A DNA stretch of 64,000 nt, from assembly GCA_951406725.2 (NCBI GenBank), contig OX597834.1, forward strand, positions 33,790,001-33,854,000, in the 5' to 3' direction. A model generated the notes under the pieces. That model was not told where the DNA came from. It was given only the letters and a program-made list of their open reading frames with translations, and did no database searches. The translations under genes and the position numbers were made by a program. Shown here one piece after another: positions 25,040-37,719 of the stretch (positions within the stretch are counted from its first letter, which is position 1; every line of letters begins with the position of its first letter). This DNA is from Octopus vulgaris. Its lineage: Eukaryota.

Positions 25040-25660
25040 ATAATCCTTTCTACTAAAGCACAAGGCCTGAAATTGTTGGGGCAAGGACTTGTCAATTACA
25101 TCGACCCTTAATGTGTAACTGGCACTTGCCAATCCTGTAAGGATTAAAAGCAAAGTTAACCTCGGCGGAATTTGAACTCAGAATATAGTGGCAAACAAAA
25201 CACTGCTGAGCATTTCACCTGGCATGCTAATGATTCTGCCAGCTTGCCACCTTAATTATAATAATAATCCTTTCTACTATAGACACAAGGCCTGAAATTT
25301 TAGGGGTGGGGACTAGTCGATTACATTGACCCCAGTATCTCACTGGTACTTATTTCATCAACCCCGAAAGGATGAAAGGTAAAGTCAACCTTGGCGGAAT
25401 TTGAACTCAGAATGAAAAGATGGGGGAAATGCTGCTAAGCATTCTGCCTGGTATGCTAATGATTCTGCCATATTGCCGCCTTGATGATGATGATGATGAT
25501 AATAATAATAATCCTTTCTACTATAGGCACAAGGCCTGAAGTTTGTGGGGAGGGGGCTAGTTGTTTACATCGACCCTAGTATTTCACTGGTATTAATTTA
25601 TTGAAAGGATGAAAGACAAAGTCAACCACGGTGGAAATAATAATAATAATAATAATAATG
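25040..25660 (-). mobile_element. Three tandem family A SINEs
   Basis: TAATCCTTTCTACTA.AGGCACAAGGCCTGAAATT...GGATGAAAGGCAAAGTCAACC repeated. Confidence 0.75.
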
Positions 25661-28600
25661 GGATTGTGCTGGGAGGAACCAATACCTTATATGAAAATAG
25701 AAAGACTATTTCCATAGGAATTTACAAAATCTTGTTAATTTTTTTTTTTCAACTTCATGTACAAATACAAAAAAACCTTCTTCTGTAAAATCTTTCTCTC
25801 TTTTGCAAATTCCCACCCAACTAGACTGAACTTTTGATTTATGCATCACAACTTTTTTTTAAATTTTTTTTTATACAGATAAAAAAAAAAATGAAAATCT
25901 AAATAATTTGCAGAAACAATCTTTTGTTGCCCCCCCAAAACTCCCCATGAGATAATTTGGTAAAAATTGAAATATTTCTTTTTGAAAACTCTAATTAGAT
26001 AAGTGCATATTATTATTATTATTATTTTTTTTTTTTCCATTTCAAATATTTTTCTATTCCAAAGTAGTCAGTTTTTTTTTTACAAGTCATAGAACTTAAT
26101 GTGCAGAGGTGAATATGTGTCCCTTGAATGATAATAATAATTTGTAGATACTTTTTTCTGTTTTCTTTCATTCTTCATAATTTATTTAGCTTTGCCCCCC
26201 TCCAACAAAAAAAGTTAAATTGATGTATAATCACATAGAATTTATCTCAAATAACCAGTTGAAGTGTGAAAACATTGAGACAACTTTTAATTTTAAAATG
26301 AAAAGAAAGAAAAGATTTTTTATTCTTTTTCCATTGAAAACAAAAAAAAACCCCCAAAAAACAATGTCTGGTTTATTTATTGTCAGACTAAACCAGTTCG
26401 AAGCCGTTTCTTGATCACAGTTGTTGATTGTTTTCTCTTTTTTTTCTCCTCTATTTTGGTTGTCTAACCTTTTAACACGCTGGCCTATATAACATAGATG
26501 ACAACCAGTTTTTGTACCAGCCATGTCACACCATTATCATTATTCAGATTAATATGATAAGTCTTTAAATCTATTCTGCAGCAATAATCAATAACGTATC
26601 TGATTAGTTAAAACAAAAAATGTGGTTTGCCACATTTGCAGGATTAAAAATTCATCTTGCTGCATCTCGTCAATGACTTGTGTTTATCAAATGGAGAAAA
26701 AAAAAAAACCCAAAGAAAACTGTTATCAGACTTAGTTTAGTTACAAACGCTCGATAGAAACATTTCTGCAAGAAGATATGTCCATTTTAGGCGATCTTTC
26801 TTACTCCTTTTCACCGAAAAAATTAGTCACGAAAAACATGTGTCTTTGATAAATCTGGCAATAACAAGGAAGTGAAAAGGTGGGAGTGGATTTAAGAATT
26901 GGTGACAGTTTAAAAGTATTCGATGATGTTATATTACCAATATTGGAGGAGCAAAGGGAAGCAAGATAAAATACTGACAGGGTTTCTCTGAACTAACAGG
27001 TCTTCTTGTTTACAGAAAAGCGATACAGAAAATACTTTATTCAGAAGTAGTTTCGCTGTGAAATTAGGCCCTGTTATCTAAGCACAAGGCTCTTTTCGGC
27101 TGCTTGGGACGAGAATTGGACTGATGAGTTTCACCTTCTTTAATACTCATCAGAATGTACTGACCCTTCTCTGTTCCAAAGAGTTGATTCGTAAGTGGAA
27201 AGTTGCTTCTTAAAATGTAAACAAGAAAGAACCTGGCTGACATTATTGTAACCAAAAAGAGAAAGAAAAATAGAGCATAATTTCCTACCAGGGACAAGGA
27301 GGTTTGAATGCAAAGCATGGTTCAGCTATAACAACTTTACATACAAATTCAAACTTCTAAGTATGTACATATATGTTTAAATATAGATGCATTTATTGTC
27401 ATATATATGCACATACATGTGTACACTGAAAAGGAAAAATGTGCAGAATTTCCTGGAAGTTCATCTATAGCTTATTCTAATTGCCATTTGATAAAGCTAT
27501 TTCTGTCGGATTAGTCTCTGATCAGTAACTAATTAAAGATGAGAATATTTGCAAAACAATATAATACATTATGTACCTAACATAGCGAGAGAGTGAAGTT
27601 GGAGGGGCATAGCGAATTATAGAAGGAGTTTTCTCTCTCTTTTTTATTTTGTTTCAGAAACAATAAATAAATAAACAGAACACATCCTCAATCATGAAAG
27701 AATTAGGGACAACAAACAGCCCTTTCAAAATTGGGTTAACAAAATCTGTTATATAAGAGGCTGCAGGACAAGTCACACACCGGTATGACAAGCTTCCTTG
27801 TCGGTTAAATCACAACAGATGCTTTGTATGTGTATACCACTCAGTGAATTGTCACTTGTTGGTTCTAATCTTAATGTAGTTATGTTATACCAATGTATAA
27901 AACTCAATGTTATTTCCAGGTCCCTAATACCAAAATCTGTTTCAAAAAAAGACCCTCAATATCCCTCCAATATATGGCGCACAATTTGTCTCTGCTTCTA
28001 TCTCTTAACTGATCCTTCTTCATGGAAATCCTATATGCCAGCATCCAAACTAAATTTTAAAAATATAAATGTAGACATTTTGTGTTCAGTTTTAGATTTG
28101 CCCTCAAATTTAATGTAAGGTTTTGCCTAATTTTTCTTTTATTACATAAACTAAAAGATAGAATCAATAAGTTTCTCAACACACAAGACATACAGAAAAG
28201 AGAGAGAGAGAGATGAGTGAATAAATATAAACAGGTCTACTTAGTAGGTTTAATCATAGATCAGGCCTCATATTTAATCATGTAAATTGTGTGTTGGCTG
28301 CGTAACTAGGGAGGTGGGGGCAGTCCACCCTAGGTCACGCTTTTGTGAAGGCAGTAAACTTGGAGGCTGCTGTAAAATCGTTTAGGTTTTGGAGGCTCAG
28401 CAAACTCAAGGACTGCCCCTGAATGGTACACACGCATACACACATACACACTCTAGCTATGCCACTGATGTGTGTGTGTGTGTATGTGTGTGTTTAGGTT
28501 TTACATAAATTGGGAAGGGAGATAATGACATGGGTTTTTTTTTCTCTCTCCAGCCACACATACTTTCATAGAGACACAGGTAGGGTGATAAATAGACAAG

Positions 28601-29266
28601 ATGGAGTTGTGTAAGTTTGAATAATAAATACAGCTTTGAACTAAAGAGAAAAAGGTCTATTGATATAAGATGTGCACACGGGTCCAACATATTGAAATAC
28701 AGGGACCAGACCTAGGTGTGGTGGTTGTGGTGGTGAGACTATTACAGCACACAAGTCAGAGGTAAGTAGTATTGTATGTATAGGTTTCTATAGAACTGAA
28801 ATATCTAAGTAATATTGCTCTTAATGTTCTTCCATACATTTTTTTGCCAGGTTTCCATTTTCTTAATGTTCTTCCATACATTTTTTTCTTTTTGTCATGG
28901 CTTGAGACAAATAAAAAGTTGAATTCATAAATTAAAAAGTCAAACTGGATTTTGTTTCTCACAGGGAAGAAAAACTCAAATGTCAACAGGAGGAAGAATG
29001 AAGGAGATGTGACTATAAAGGGTTAGGGGTGAAGAGAGAGAGAAGCAGGGGAGCTTGCTAGGTCTTTCTACTACTCTATTATAGTTGATAGCATTCTTCT
29101 GATATTTCACACAGTTGCTGGCTATATTACCTATCTTTCAATTTGTCCGTTTTAGTAAGAATTTACCAAACGCGGTGTAATTCAATTAAGTGTTGTGTGA
29201 GCCTTTTTTGAGGAATCTTTAACCAAAAAAAAAAAAAATCAAAAACAAACACAAAAAATATAGAAA

Positions 29267-29438
29267 TTATTCCAGGATTCCATCTTCGTACAAAAGAGCC
29301 TCGAGGTTTCCACTCCGTTTCAAAACACTTCGCAAGTCTGTAGAGTTTCCTTCCTCATCGTCATTGAAAGCCAAGAGAGAACCACTTACATCAGTGGCCT
29401 GCTGAAAAGAACTGAAATCTGGAGAACCGGATGGTCGC
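29267..29438 (-). CDS. myo3: Myosin III-like, terminal coding exon
   Basis: Acceptor cctatctag|G, phase 2; RPSGSPDF...STDLRSVLKRSGNLEALLYEDGILE*; DLRSVL resembles the DFRxxL motif of class III myosin tail ends. Confidence 0.75.
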
Positions 29439-29534
29439 CTAGATAGGAAAAAAAAAGGGAAACAACTCACTTAAGATTTTTCAGAAGCAGAGTGATGTAT
29501 ACATATATTGGTCAGCACACTTATTGAAAAATGT

Positions 29535-29835
29535 TTATATAAAACTGAAGTTGTGTGAGAGTCTGTCTCCTCCGATTTAGATTCCTAACTACTCCCACAT
29601 TTTGCGGTGCCGTTTAACCAAAAGCGGGTATCTTATAGACGTGATTCATATCGAGCCCTTCTGGGTATTAGCGCGCGTCTACGATGAGTCTACGATTTAA
29701 AAAAAAATTTACCATAATTTTTTTTCGTTTTTTAATGCATTTTTTGCTCGGTTTATATAAGGGAAGTAACTCTTTAAAAATGCTTATATAGTTATTTCCC
29801 TTACAAACCCGAGCAACGCCGGGCGATACTGCTAG
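29535..29835 (+). mobile_element. Non-autonomous Helitron
   Basis: Starts T.TATATAAAACTG; ends with hairpin CCCGAGCAACGCCGGG followed by ...CTAG and a flanking T. Confidence 0.8.
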
Positions 29836-30733
29836 TATGTATATATATATATATTTATATTGAAGGTTTATTCCGTTTGGAACGTATTAGAGTACAAAAT
29901 AGAGCTCGCACACCCTTACCAAATAGCGAGCAGTATTATGGTATGCTTCCAATTCTAGGCTTAGGCATTCATCGTGTGTGAAAATAAAGAGTCATGAACT
30001 ATATGGGATTGAACTCGAAACAATGTGGTTGGGAAGCAAGCTTCTTACCACACAACCACGACATCAGAAAATCAGTATTTTTCAGTGAAATTTACCACAA
30101 ATACTTTCCCAATGATATAGATTGTATCGGAATTTAATGTAAAAAAAAAAAAACAACTGTTGGGTTCGCACACAGGAACATTTCTGCTTAACAGAAGAGA
30201 TCTTAAAATTAAAGGGAGAGCATTCATTTTTTCAGAGCGAGACACAAATATATTATTCAAGGGAGAGCACTCAAGTGGAGTGAGACTGGGTTTCTCATGT
30301 TTCAGACAGTTGACTGCGGCCATGCTGGGGCACCATCTTAAAGAGTTTAGTCGAACAAATCGACCTCTGTGCTTATTTTTTAAGCCTGGTACTTTTTGTT
30401 GAACCGCTAGGTTGCGGCAATGCAAACAAACCAACACCGGTTGTCAAGTTGTAGTGGAACACACATATATGATGGGGTTCTTTTGGTTTCCACCTATCAA
30501 ATCCACTCAGAAGGCTTTGCTCTGCCCGAGGGTATATTGAAGACACTTGTTCAAGGTGCTACACAGTGGGACTGAACCCAGAGCCATGTGGTTGAGAAGC
30601 AAGCTTCTTACCACACAGCCATACCAGTGGAAATACATATGTGTTTGCACGCGCATGTGTGTGTGTGTATATATATATATATACATGCATGCATGCATAC
30701 ACGTGTACCTATATACACACACATACGTGTATA

Positions 30734-30778
<45 letters not shown>

Positions 30779-30913
30779 ACACATGTACCTATATACACAC
30801 ATATACATACACGTAAGGAGCAAAATAGCTAGTTCTGAAATCTCTAAACAAGATATAGGTACTGGACACCTGCCTGCTAGAGATGGCAGTCACTCATCTC
30901 CGCTCACAATATT

Positions 30914-31440
30914 CAAGGGTGAGTCAAAAAGCAATGCCATTTTGTTTAGGACAGGGACATCATACATCAAAATGAAGCTGGTCCTCTGTGGATCACATCC
31001 CTGCTTCTCAACTTAGTCACCGTTACTCTCAATAGCAATGTTCCACCTTCGAATGAGAGCATGTATCCCTGTCCTGTAAAATTCTGTCGACTGTTGTTTG
31101 AGCCGCTTCTTCACTACAGTTTTCACTTCCTTGTCACTGGATTATCATCTCTTCGGTCCCATGAAAGAGGATTTGAGAGGCAAACATTAATCCAGTGACA
31201 AGGAAGTGAAAATTGTAGTGAAGAAGTGGCTTAAAGAACAGTCAACAGAATTTTATGGGGCAGGGATACATGCTCTTATTCAAAGGTGGAACATTGCTAT
31301 TGAGAGAAACAGTGACTATGTTGAGATGTAGGGATGTGATCCACAGAGGACCAGCTTCATTTTGATGTATGATACGTGTTCCTGTGTTGGTAATTATACC
31401 TGTCCTAAACAAAGTGGCATTACTTTTTTACTCACCCTTG
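30914..31440. mobile_element. Fold-back MITE made of two inverted mariner 3' ends
   Basis: CAAGGGTGAGTCAAAAAG ... CTTTTTTACTCACCCTTG; arms of about 225 bp encode EVKIVVKKWLKEQSTEFY..GIHALIQRWNIAIER (mariner transposase C-terminus). Confidence 0.8.
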
Positions 31441-31720
31441 TATAAACAGAAGCGGCAGACAACTGCTGCTGTTTACTTAAGGTGCAAAATAACTTGTTCT
31501 AAAATCTCTAAACGAGATGTAAATAACAACAATAGTAGACAGTAAGTTTTTTTTTTTTTTTTTTACCACTATAACGTGGCTGTTCTATAAAGAATTATGT
31601 TACTACATTTTAAGCCCAATATATATACATACATACATACCTACACACATATGCATATATATGTGTATATATATATATATATATACATACATACATATAC
31701 ATACATACACACATATATGC

Positions 31721-31755
<35 letters not shown>

Positions 31756-32034
31756 TAAATATACACATGCACATATATACACACATACATACACTCATAT
31801 CTGCATCATTTTAAATTGAGCATCAACACTGTTGACCTCAACCAACTCTCCATCTATTTTATTTATTGCAAGATCAGAGAGATTAAAAAAAGAAAAAGAA
31901 AAGGAAAAAGCTATGGACCGGGCCCTGTCAATGTTAAAACAAAAAACAAAAACCAAACATCAAATATATATGTATACATATACAATACTACTCCCTAAAC
32001 AAAGAAAAAAACTTAATATTATTTTCCTTCTTAC

Positions 32035-32325
32035 CTTTTCATTATTGGGGTCTGAATATGCGAAACAGAACCCATTTCAAATAAATTAATTCTGTCTCGT
32101 ACTGCAGGCGCATCTAATTCGGAATAGTTGATCATCTCTTCATCACCAGACTCCGAGAAATCTGATTCCTCATCGGACTCATACATTGCCATGTGACTGA
32201 ACATCATCGACAGGATCCTTGCGGTCACTTGGGTCTCACATTTCTTCGCTAATTCTGTTTTGGTGTTCTCTTCAAAGAATTCCTCTAATTCCTTCTCACC
32301 TTCATCATCTATTTCATCAGCAAAT
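32035..32325 (-). CDS. myo3: Myosin III-like tail exon (291 nt, phase 2-2)
   Basis: ccctag|A TTT GCT...; FADEIDDEGEKELEEFFEE...AVRDRINLFEMGSVSHIQTPIMK; AG|gtaaga. Confidence 0.8.
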
Positions 32326-34086
32326 CTAGGGACGGGGCTGGAAAAGAAATTGAAGGAATAGACAGTGAAGGAATAGACAAAGAAAGAGAGAGGACAGCTT
32401 GCTTGATTTAGCAGTCGATGGATGATAGGCATAATAAATAGATGAAGGTGGTGGAGGTGATAACAGTAATGTGGCTGACAGGTGAAGTAAATTGAATGAA
32501 TGATGCCAGGTAAGAACATTGAAAGTGATTACAGTAGGAAAATGAGATTGGGGAAGATAACACAGGTGATAGATGAAGATAAAGCAAATGACTGATGACA
32601 GGTGATTGAAAGTAAATGATTGGGGACAACGGAGGTAAAAGAAAATATAGGTGACAGGTGAAACTAAAACATGATTTACATGATGAAATTTAGATGATGG
32701 AGAGTGGTAAATGAAGACCTAAATATGTAATTAGTTAATTATGTAATTATATAAATGATGTCTTCTACATCTAATGATGTCTACTTGTTTCTACTGTGGC
32801 CATGCTGGGGCACCACCTTGAAGAATTTTAGTCAAACAAATCAACCCCAGTACTTATCTCTTTTTAAGCTTGGCACTTTTTCTATTAGTATCTTTTGGAG
32901 AACTGGTAAGTTACGAGGATGTAAACACAACAACACTAGTTGCCATGCACTGGTGGTGGACAAACATAGACACAATGACCCCCCCCCCCCATTTACATAT
33001 ATATATATATGGCCGCTATCGTGACTGATACCAGTACCACCTGACTGGCACATAAAAAGCACCATACAACTGTGGTCAATGCCAGTGCCGCACGTAAAAG
33101 CACCATTCAAGCGTGGGCGTTGCCAGTGCCGCCTGGCTGGTTCCTATGCTGGTGGCACATAAAAAGCACCCACTACACTCAGAGTGGTTGGCATGAGGAA
33201 GGGCATCCAGCTGTAGAAACCTTGCTGGATTAGATTGGAGCCTGGTGCAGCCTTCTGGCTTGCCAGTCCTCAGTCAAACCGTTCAACCCATGCCAGCATG
33301 GAAAGCGGATGTTAAATGATGATGACGGCAGGCTTTTTTCAGATTCTGCCTACCAAATTTACTCAAGGCTATCATAGAGAACACTTGCCCAAGGTACCAT
33401 GCAGTGGGACTGAACCCTGAACAATGTGGTTGGGAAGCAAACTTCTTACCACACAGCTACACCTGCACCTATATATGCATGTACAATAATATTTAACATG
33501 TTTGTGTATATTTGAATGTGAGAAGACCTTTTGCTGTGGAAGAAGTCTCAGAGAAAACATTTCTCCTCAAAGACAATATGTGTGAAAACACACTGGGCAA
33601 CAAATGACATCATTGAATCACAGGACACATGCATCTCTGTGTTGTTACACATCATCCTCCACAACCCCATCAAAATGAAAGTTCTATAATATAAGAATAG
33701 CAAACAATAAATTTGCTGGTGTGTGTAAAGCTTTAGGCAAGCTGGAATTAATTAAATAGAGTTGCAAGAAGTAGTGTTGAATATCTGTGCGCATGTACAA
33801 TGATATTTAACAATTTTGTGTACATTTGAACATGGGAAGACTGTTCACTGTAGAAGTAGTCTTGGGGGAAAATTGTGTGAAAACACATTGGGTTACAAAC
33901 AGCATCATTAGATTGTGGCCTGCATAGGTTTCTGCATCATCATATGGCATCAACCATGAATATCTATTCTGCATTTGAGATTCATTTTATTTTCATCAGA
34001 GTTGAGAGTTTATATTTACTTCAAAGAGCCTCCCTCCCTCCTACACCACCTCCATTCCACCGAGGAATAACCAAAGATCAACTCAC

Positions 34087-34173
34087 AGTGGTCCACTTTC
34101 CTTTCTCTTTTGTTTGGCTGCTTCAAGGATATTGGTGAATTGGTCATCTTTGGGTTGCCCTTCTTCAGTAGTC
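34087..34173 (-). CDS. myo3: Myosin III-like tail exon (87 nt, phase 2-2)
   Basis: gttttag|G ACT ACT...; TTEEGQPKDDQFTNILEAAKQKRKESGP; CT|gtgagt. Confidence 0.7.
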
Positions 34174-35042
34174 CTAAAACAATGGAACAATAAAGCATGA
34201 GAAAAAATTTGTTTGACTCTTTCAATCATAAAATATGAGATGAAAACAAGTTCTTTTCTAAAAACAAAAATATTTTTAAGAAAAAAAAAAAAAATGAAAT
34301 TGTAAAAATTGAATTAGTGAAATTTTAATCAAATTTAAAAGTGAAATAACCTCAGAAAACAAACCAAAACCAAAAAAATTGGTTTCTGAATTTCTTTTTT
34401 TTTTTGTCTTAAATCTGGTGAAACAGAAATTGGTAAATGTTATGAAATTTAAGATAAAAGAATTCAGAGAATAAATTTTGCATTTTTTTTTAATGTTTCT
34501 CAATTTTTTATTTTGAGAACAATTGTATTTGTAAATTTTAAATAAATAAATTTTCATTTCGAATGAAAAGTTAAAATAAATAAAGTTTTTTATTTATGAT
34601 AAATTTATTTAAAATAAATATATTTTTATTCAAAATAAATTTTTATTCTTAAAATTTCATTTATATATTAAAACGTTTCCCCCCCAAAATACCCCACCAA
34701 AAAATGGTAAGCAGTTTTGATTTGTTTTCCTGAATATTGTTAATAATATTTATTATCAAAATTAGAACATTATTGATTCTATTTATTCTTAACAGATTTT
34801 ATCATTACCACAAACTTTAGTTCTTCTATTAACCTATTTATTATTATTTTTTTTTTCAAGTTGTGTCAGTTTCAGGGACATCATACATATATATGCACAG
34901 TATGGTTTACTTATGTAGTCAAGTCCATTTTAGGGACACATCTACATAATGTCAACTAGATTTGTGCTAAGAGCACAACGACTTCTCCAGAGATTTTTAG
35001 TTGGTAGTCATGATGGCTGAATGACAGATACATGCTCTAGAT

Positions 35043-35363
35043 CAGGGGTTCTCAACCATTTTTTTTTATCTATGGACCCCCTTTGATTGCTATTTAATTC
35101 TGATGAACCCCATAGCCATTCGATCTTTAAAAACTAGTTTTATAGAATGTTATTTATTAATGTTTTCACACATTAATTTGTGTAGATTGAGCTATGTAAA
35201 ATGTTAGAGAAAGAAACCTAGTTGTTACTTGCAATACAAACCAATACATATGTCTAAAGCAAAAGTTTTTCAGAGGCCCTTAAAATACTATTGTAGATCC
35301 CCAATTTACTATATTGTTGTGTGGACTCTCAGGAGTCACATGGACCTCAGCTGAGAACCACTG
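35043..35363. mobile_element. hAT-Charlie-like MITE
   Basis: TIRs CAGGGGTTCTCA / TGAGAACCACTG with 8-bp TSD CTCTAGAT/CTCTAGAG; related copy at about 47623-47861. Confidence 0.8.
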
Positions 35364-36855
35364 CTCTAGAGGAATAATTACTTGCCAATATGCTGGTATG
35401 AAAGCAGGGGTATTAGGTTTTTGACTGAATTTATTATTCACTTTTCCAACCTCTTAATTACTCTTTCTCTCAGTTTTAACACACACACACACGTATATTT
35501 TTTGCAAAATAAAGACTGTAAAGTGGTCAGCATTTGGAAGGGCATCCAGCTGTAAAAACCTTGCCAAAACTGATCTCGCCTCTGCTGGTGCCATGTAAAA
35601 AGCCCTCAGTCCACTCTGCTGGGTGGTTGGTGTTAGGAATGGCACCCAACCATAAAAACTGTGCCAAAACAGACCCAGAAGTCTGGTGCAGGATCCTGCC
35701 TGGCCAGCTCCTGTCAAACCATCCACCCCATGCCAGCACGGAAGGCGGATGTTAAACAATGATGATTGCCCAGCCACAACTTCCCATGACAAAAAAATAT
35801 ATTTTTAGCTAAATGACAAGAACTGTTTTCAAAACAATTTAACAATTTATAAATTTCACTTGAATGCAAGATACAAAAACAAACAATAAACAGATTTTCT
35901 TGAAGAGAAAAAGGGAAAAAATAATAAACAAACCGATATGCACACATGAGGAACCTTTCATATAGAAAGCAAAATCTATTAAAATCAAGGCAAAAATAAT
36001 ATTTCAAATAAAAAAGGATAAAAAAAATTATTGACATGAAAAAAAACAAAGCATTGGGTAAGCCATGAGATTCTTTATAGACTAAATTGCTTTGATGTTT
36101 CTATTCATTCCCAATATTTTGTTCAGTATACGATCAAAAGTATTTCCTGCCATGACCATCCCATCATTTTTCTGGTCAAGCTGGATCTAGGACAATATTA
36201 TCTATTATATTCTTCCTTTTTTTTTTTTTTGGTTGGTTTTTATTAAAGCTAAGATGTGATTTTCATGAAGTTTGGCTACTATTTTTAACAGGTCGAGCAT
36301 CCACATATTACAACATTGTTGTTGTTTAAATCCAGGACAACCTTCATGGAGTAGACTTATGAACAGAGACACTCCAACTGTGACCATTTAATCTTTTCAC
36401 ACACACACACAGTCCAACAAAGGCCAGCAGGCTGAAGCTTTGAAGTTACTTTCACCCCACTTTTTTTGTACAAGTTTAATAAATACATTCTCTACAAAAA
36501 TGTACTGAGTAATTCTTTTAGTTTAATGCTAAACTATTTCAAGTACAACTGGGCATAAAAAACAAACATATAGATAGATAGATATGTATGTACCCTGGAC
36601 AACCCTATCCAAAGTGTTCTATGTGTAAGGCATAGATGGCTGAGTGTCCATGGAGAGGCTCCTATGTCACTTCATCATATTTTATAGCAGTATATTGGGA
36701 AGAGTTGGATGTTTCATTGAGAGGGAAGTATTGCGTGTCTTTGTGTATATATATATATATATATATATAATTAAATTTAGGGTAAAAATTGATATTTATC
36801 AATTAGAACCAGTGTTCTAGCATATTAAAGAAAGAATCCGAAGATTAAAATATTT

Positions 36856-37033
36856 ATATATACCAATTAAGGACTGCACACGAAAAGTGGACAGTCAACA
36901 TGCTAGATATAGACGTCAAATCGCCGTTCTCAGATCAAACTCAACAAAACCAAAGCAATAAACAAGTGAAAAATATACGAAATGTCTATATCTAGCATGT
37001 TGACTGTCCACTTTTCGTGTGCAGTCCTTAATT

Positions 37034-37043
<10 letters not shown>
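36856..37043. repeat. Fold-back element with perfect about 60-bp inverted arms
   Basis: TATATACCAATTAAGGACTGCACACGAAAAGTGGACAGTCAACATGCTAGATATAGAC and its reverse complement, ending in (TA)n. Confidence 0.85.
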
Positions 37044-37066
<23 letters not shown>

Positions 37067-37129
37067 ATAAAATCGGTAAGACAACAAAAGAATGAAAGAG
37101 ACCTTGATATTATGTAAATAGAGGAATTT

Positions 37130-37424
37130 ATCTGTAAATGTAATATGTGACAATTATTTGGTAGCCAAGATAAAACTCCAAGTTTCGGATGCTGAGGTAG
37201 AAATCCATGCCACCATCTCTTCAGTTATTCGGCCATCAGAAAAACGCTATCAAAAGTGACCGTTATACAAAGGGAAATTACTGTGTTATTTACTGCTTTT
37301 AAGACAAAAGCTATTTGATGGCCGGATAACTGAAGAGATGGTGGCATGGATTTCCACCTCGGCATCCGAAACTCAGAGTTTTATCATGGCTACCGAATAA
37401 TTGTCACATATTACATTTACAGAT
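37130..37424. ncRNA. Inverted pair of hammerhead-like cores (Penelope-type) in about 109-bp inverted arms
   Basis: + strand GATAA-CTGAAGA(37330-37336)-GATG..CATCC-GAAACT-CAG-AGTT-TTATC; mirror copy on - strand at about 37170-37229. Confidence 0.6.
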
Positions 37425-37532
37425 ATATATATATATATATATAATTTTTGCAGGAAAAAGTTAACAGTTACTTCAAAGTTTCGGCTTAGTAGACAGTCTG
37501 ATGAGGGTAATTATGCTAAAAGCTTCAAAGTA

Positions 37533-37719
37533 CCGTATTTTAACATGTATAAGGAACTTTTGTGTATCGTGTATAAGGAATCCCCTAATTCTTGGGGCTT
37601 AAAATTTGGAAAAAAAGGTTTTGAAGGGGATTATAATACTATCCCTGTTTAAGAGACTCCCATATTTTTTAAGCCTAATTTTTGACAAAAACAGGTTCCT
37701 TATACATGTTAAAATACGG
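37533..37719. mobile_element. Tc1/pogo-like MITE
   Basis: 25-bp perfect TIR CCGTATTTTAACATGTATAAGGAAC with TA duplication at both ends. Confidence 0.85.
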
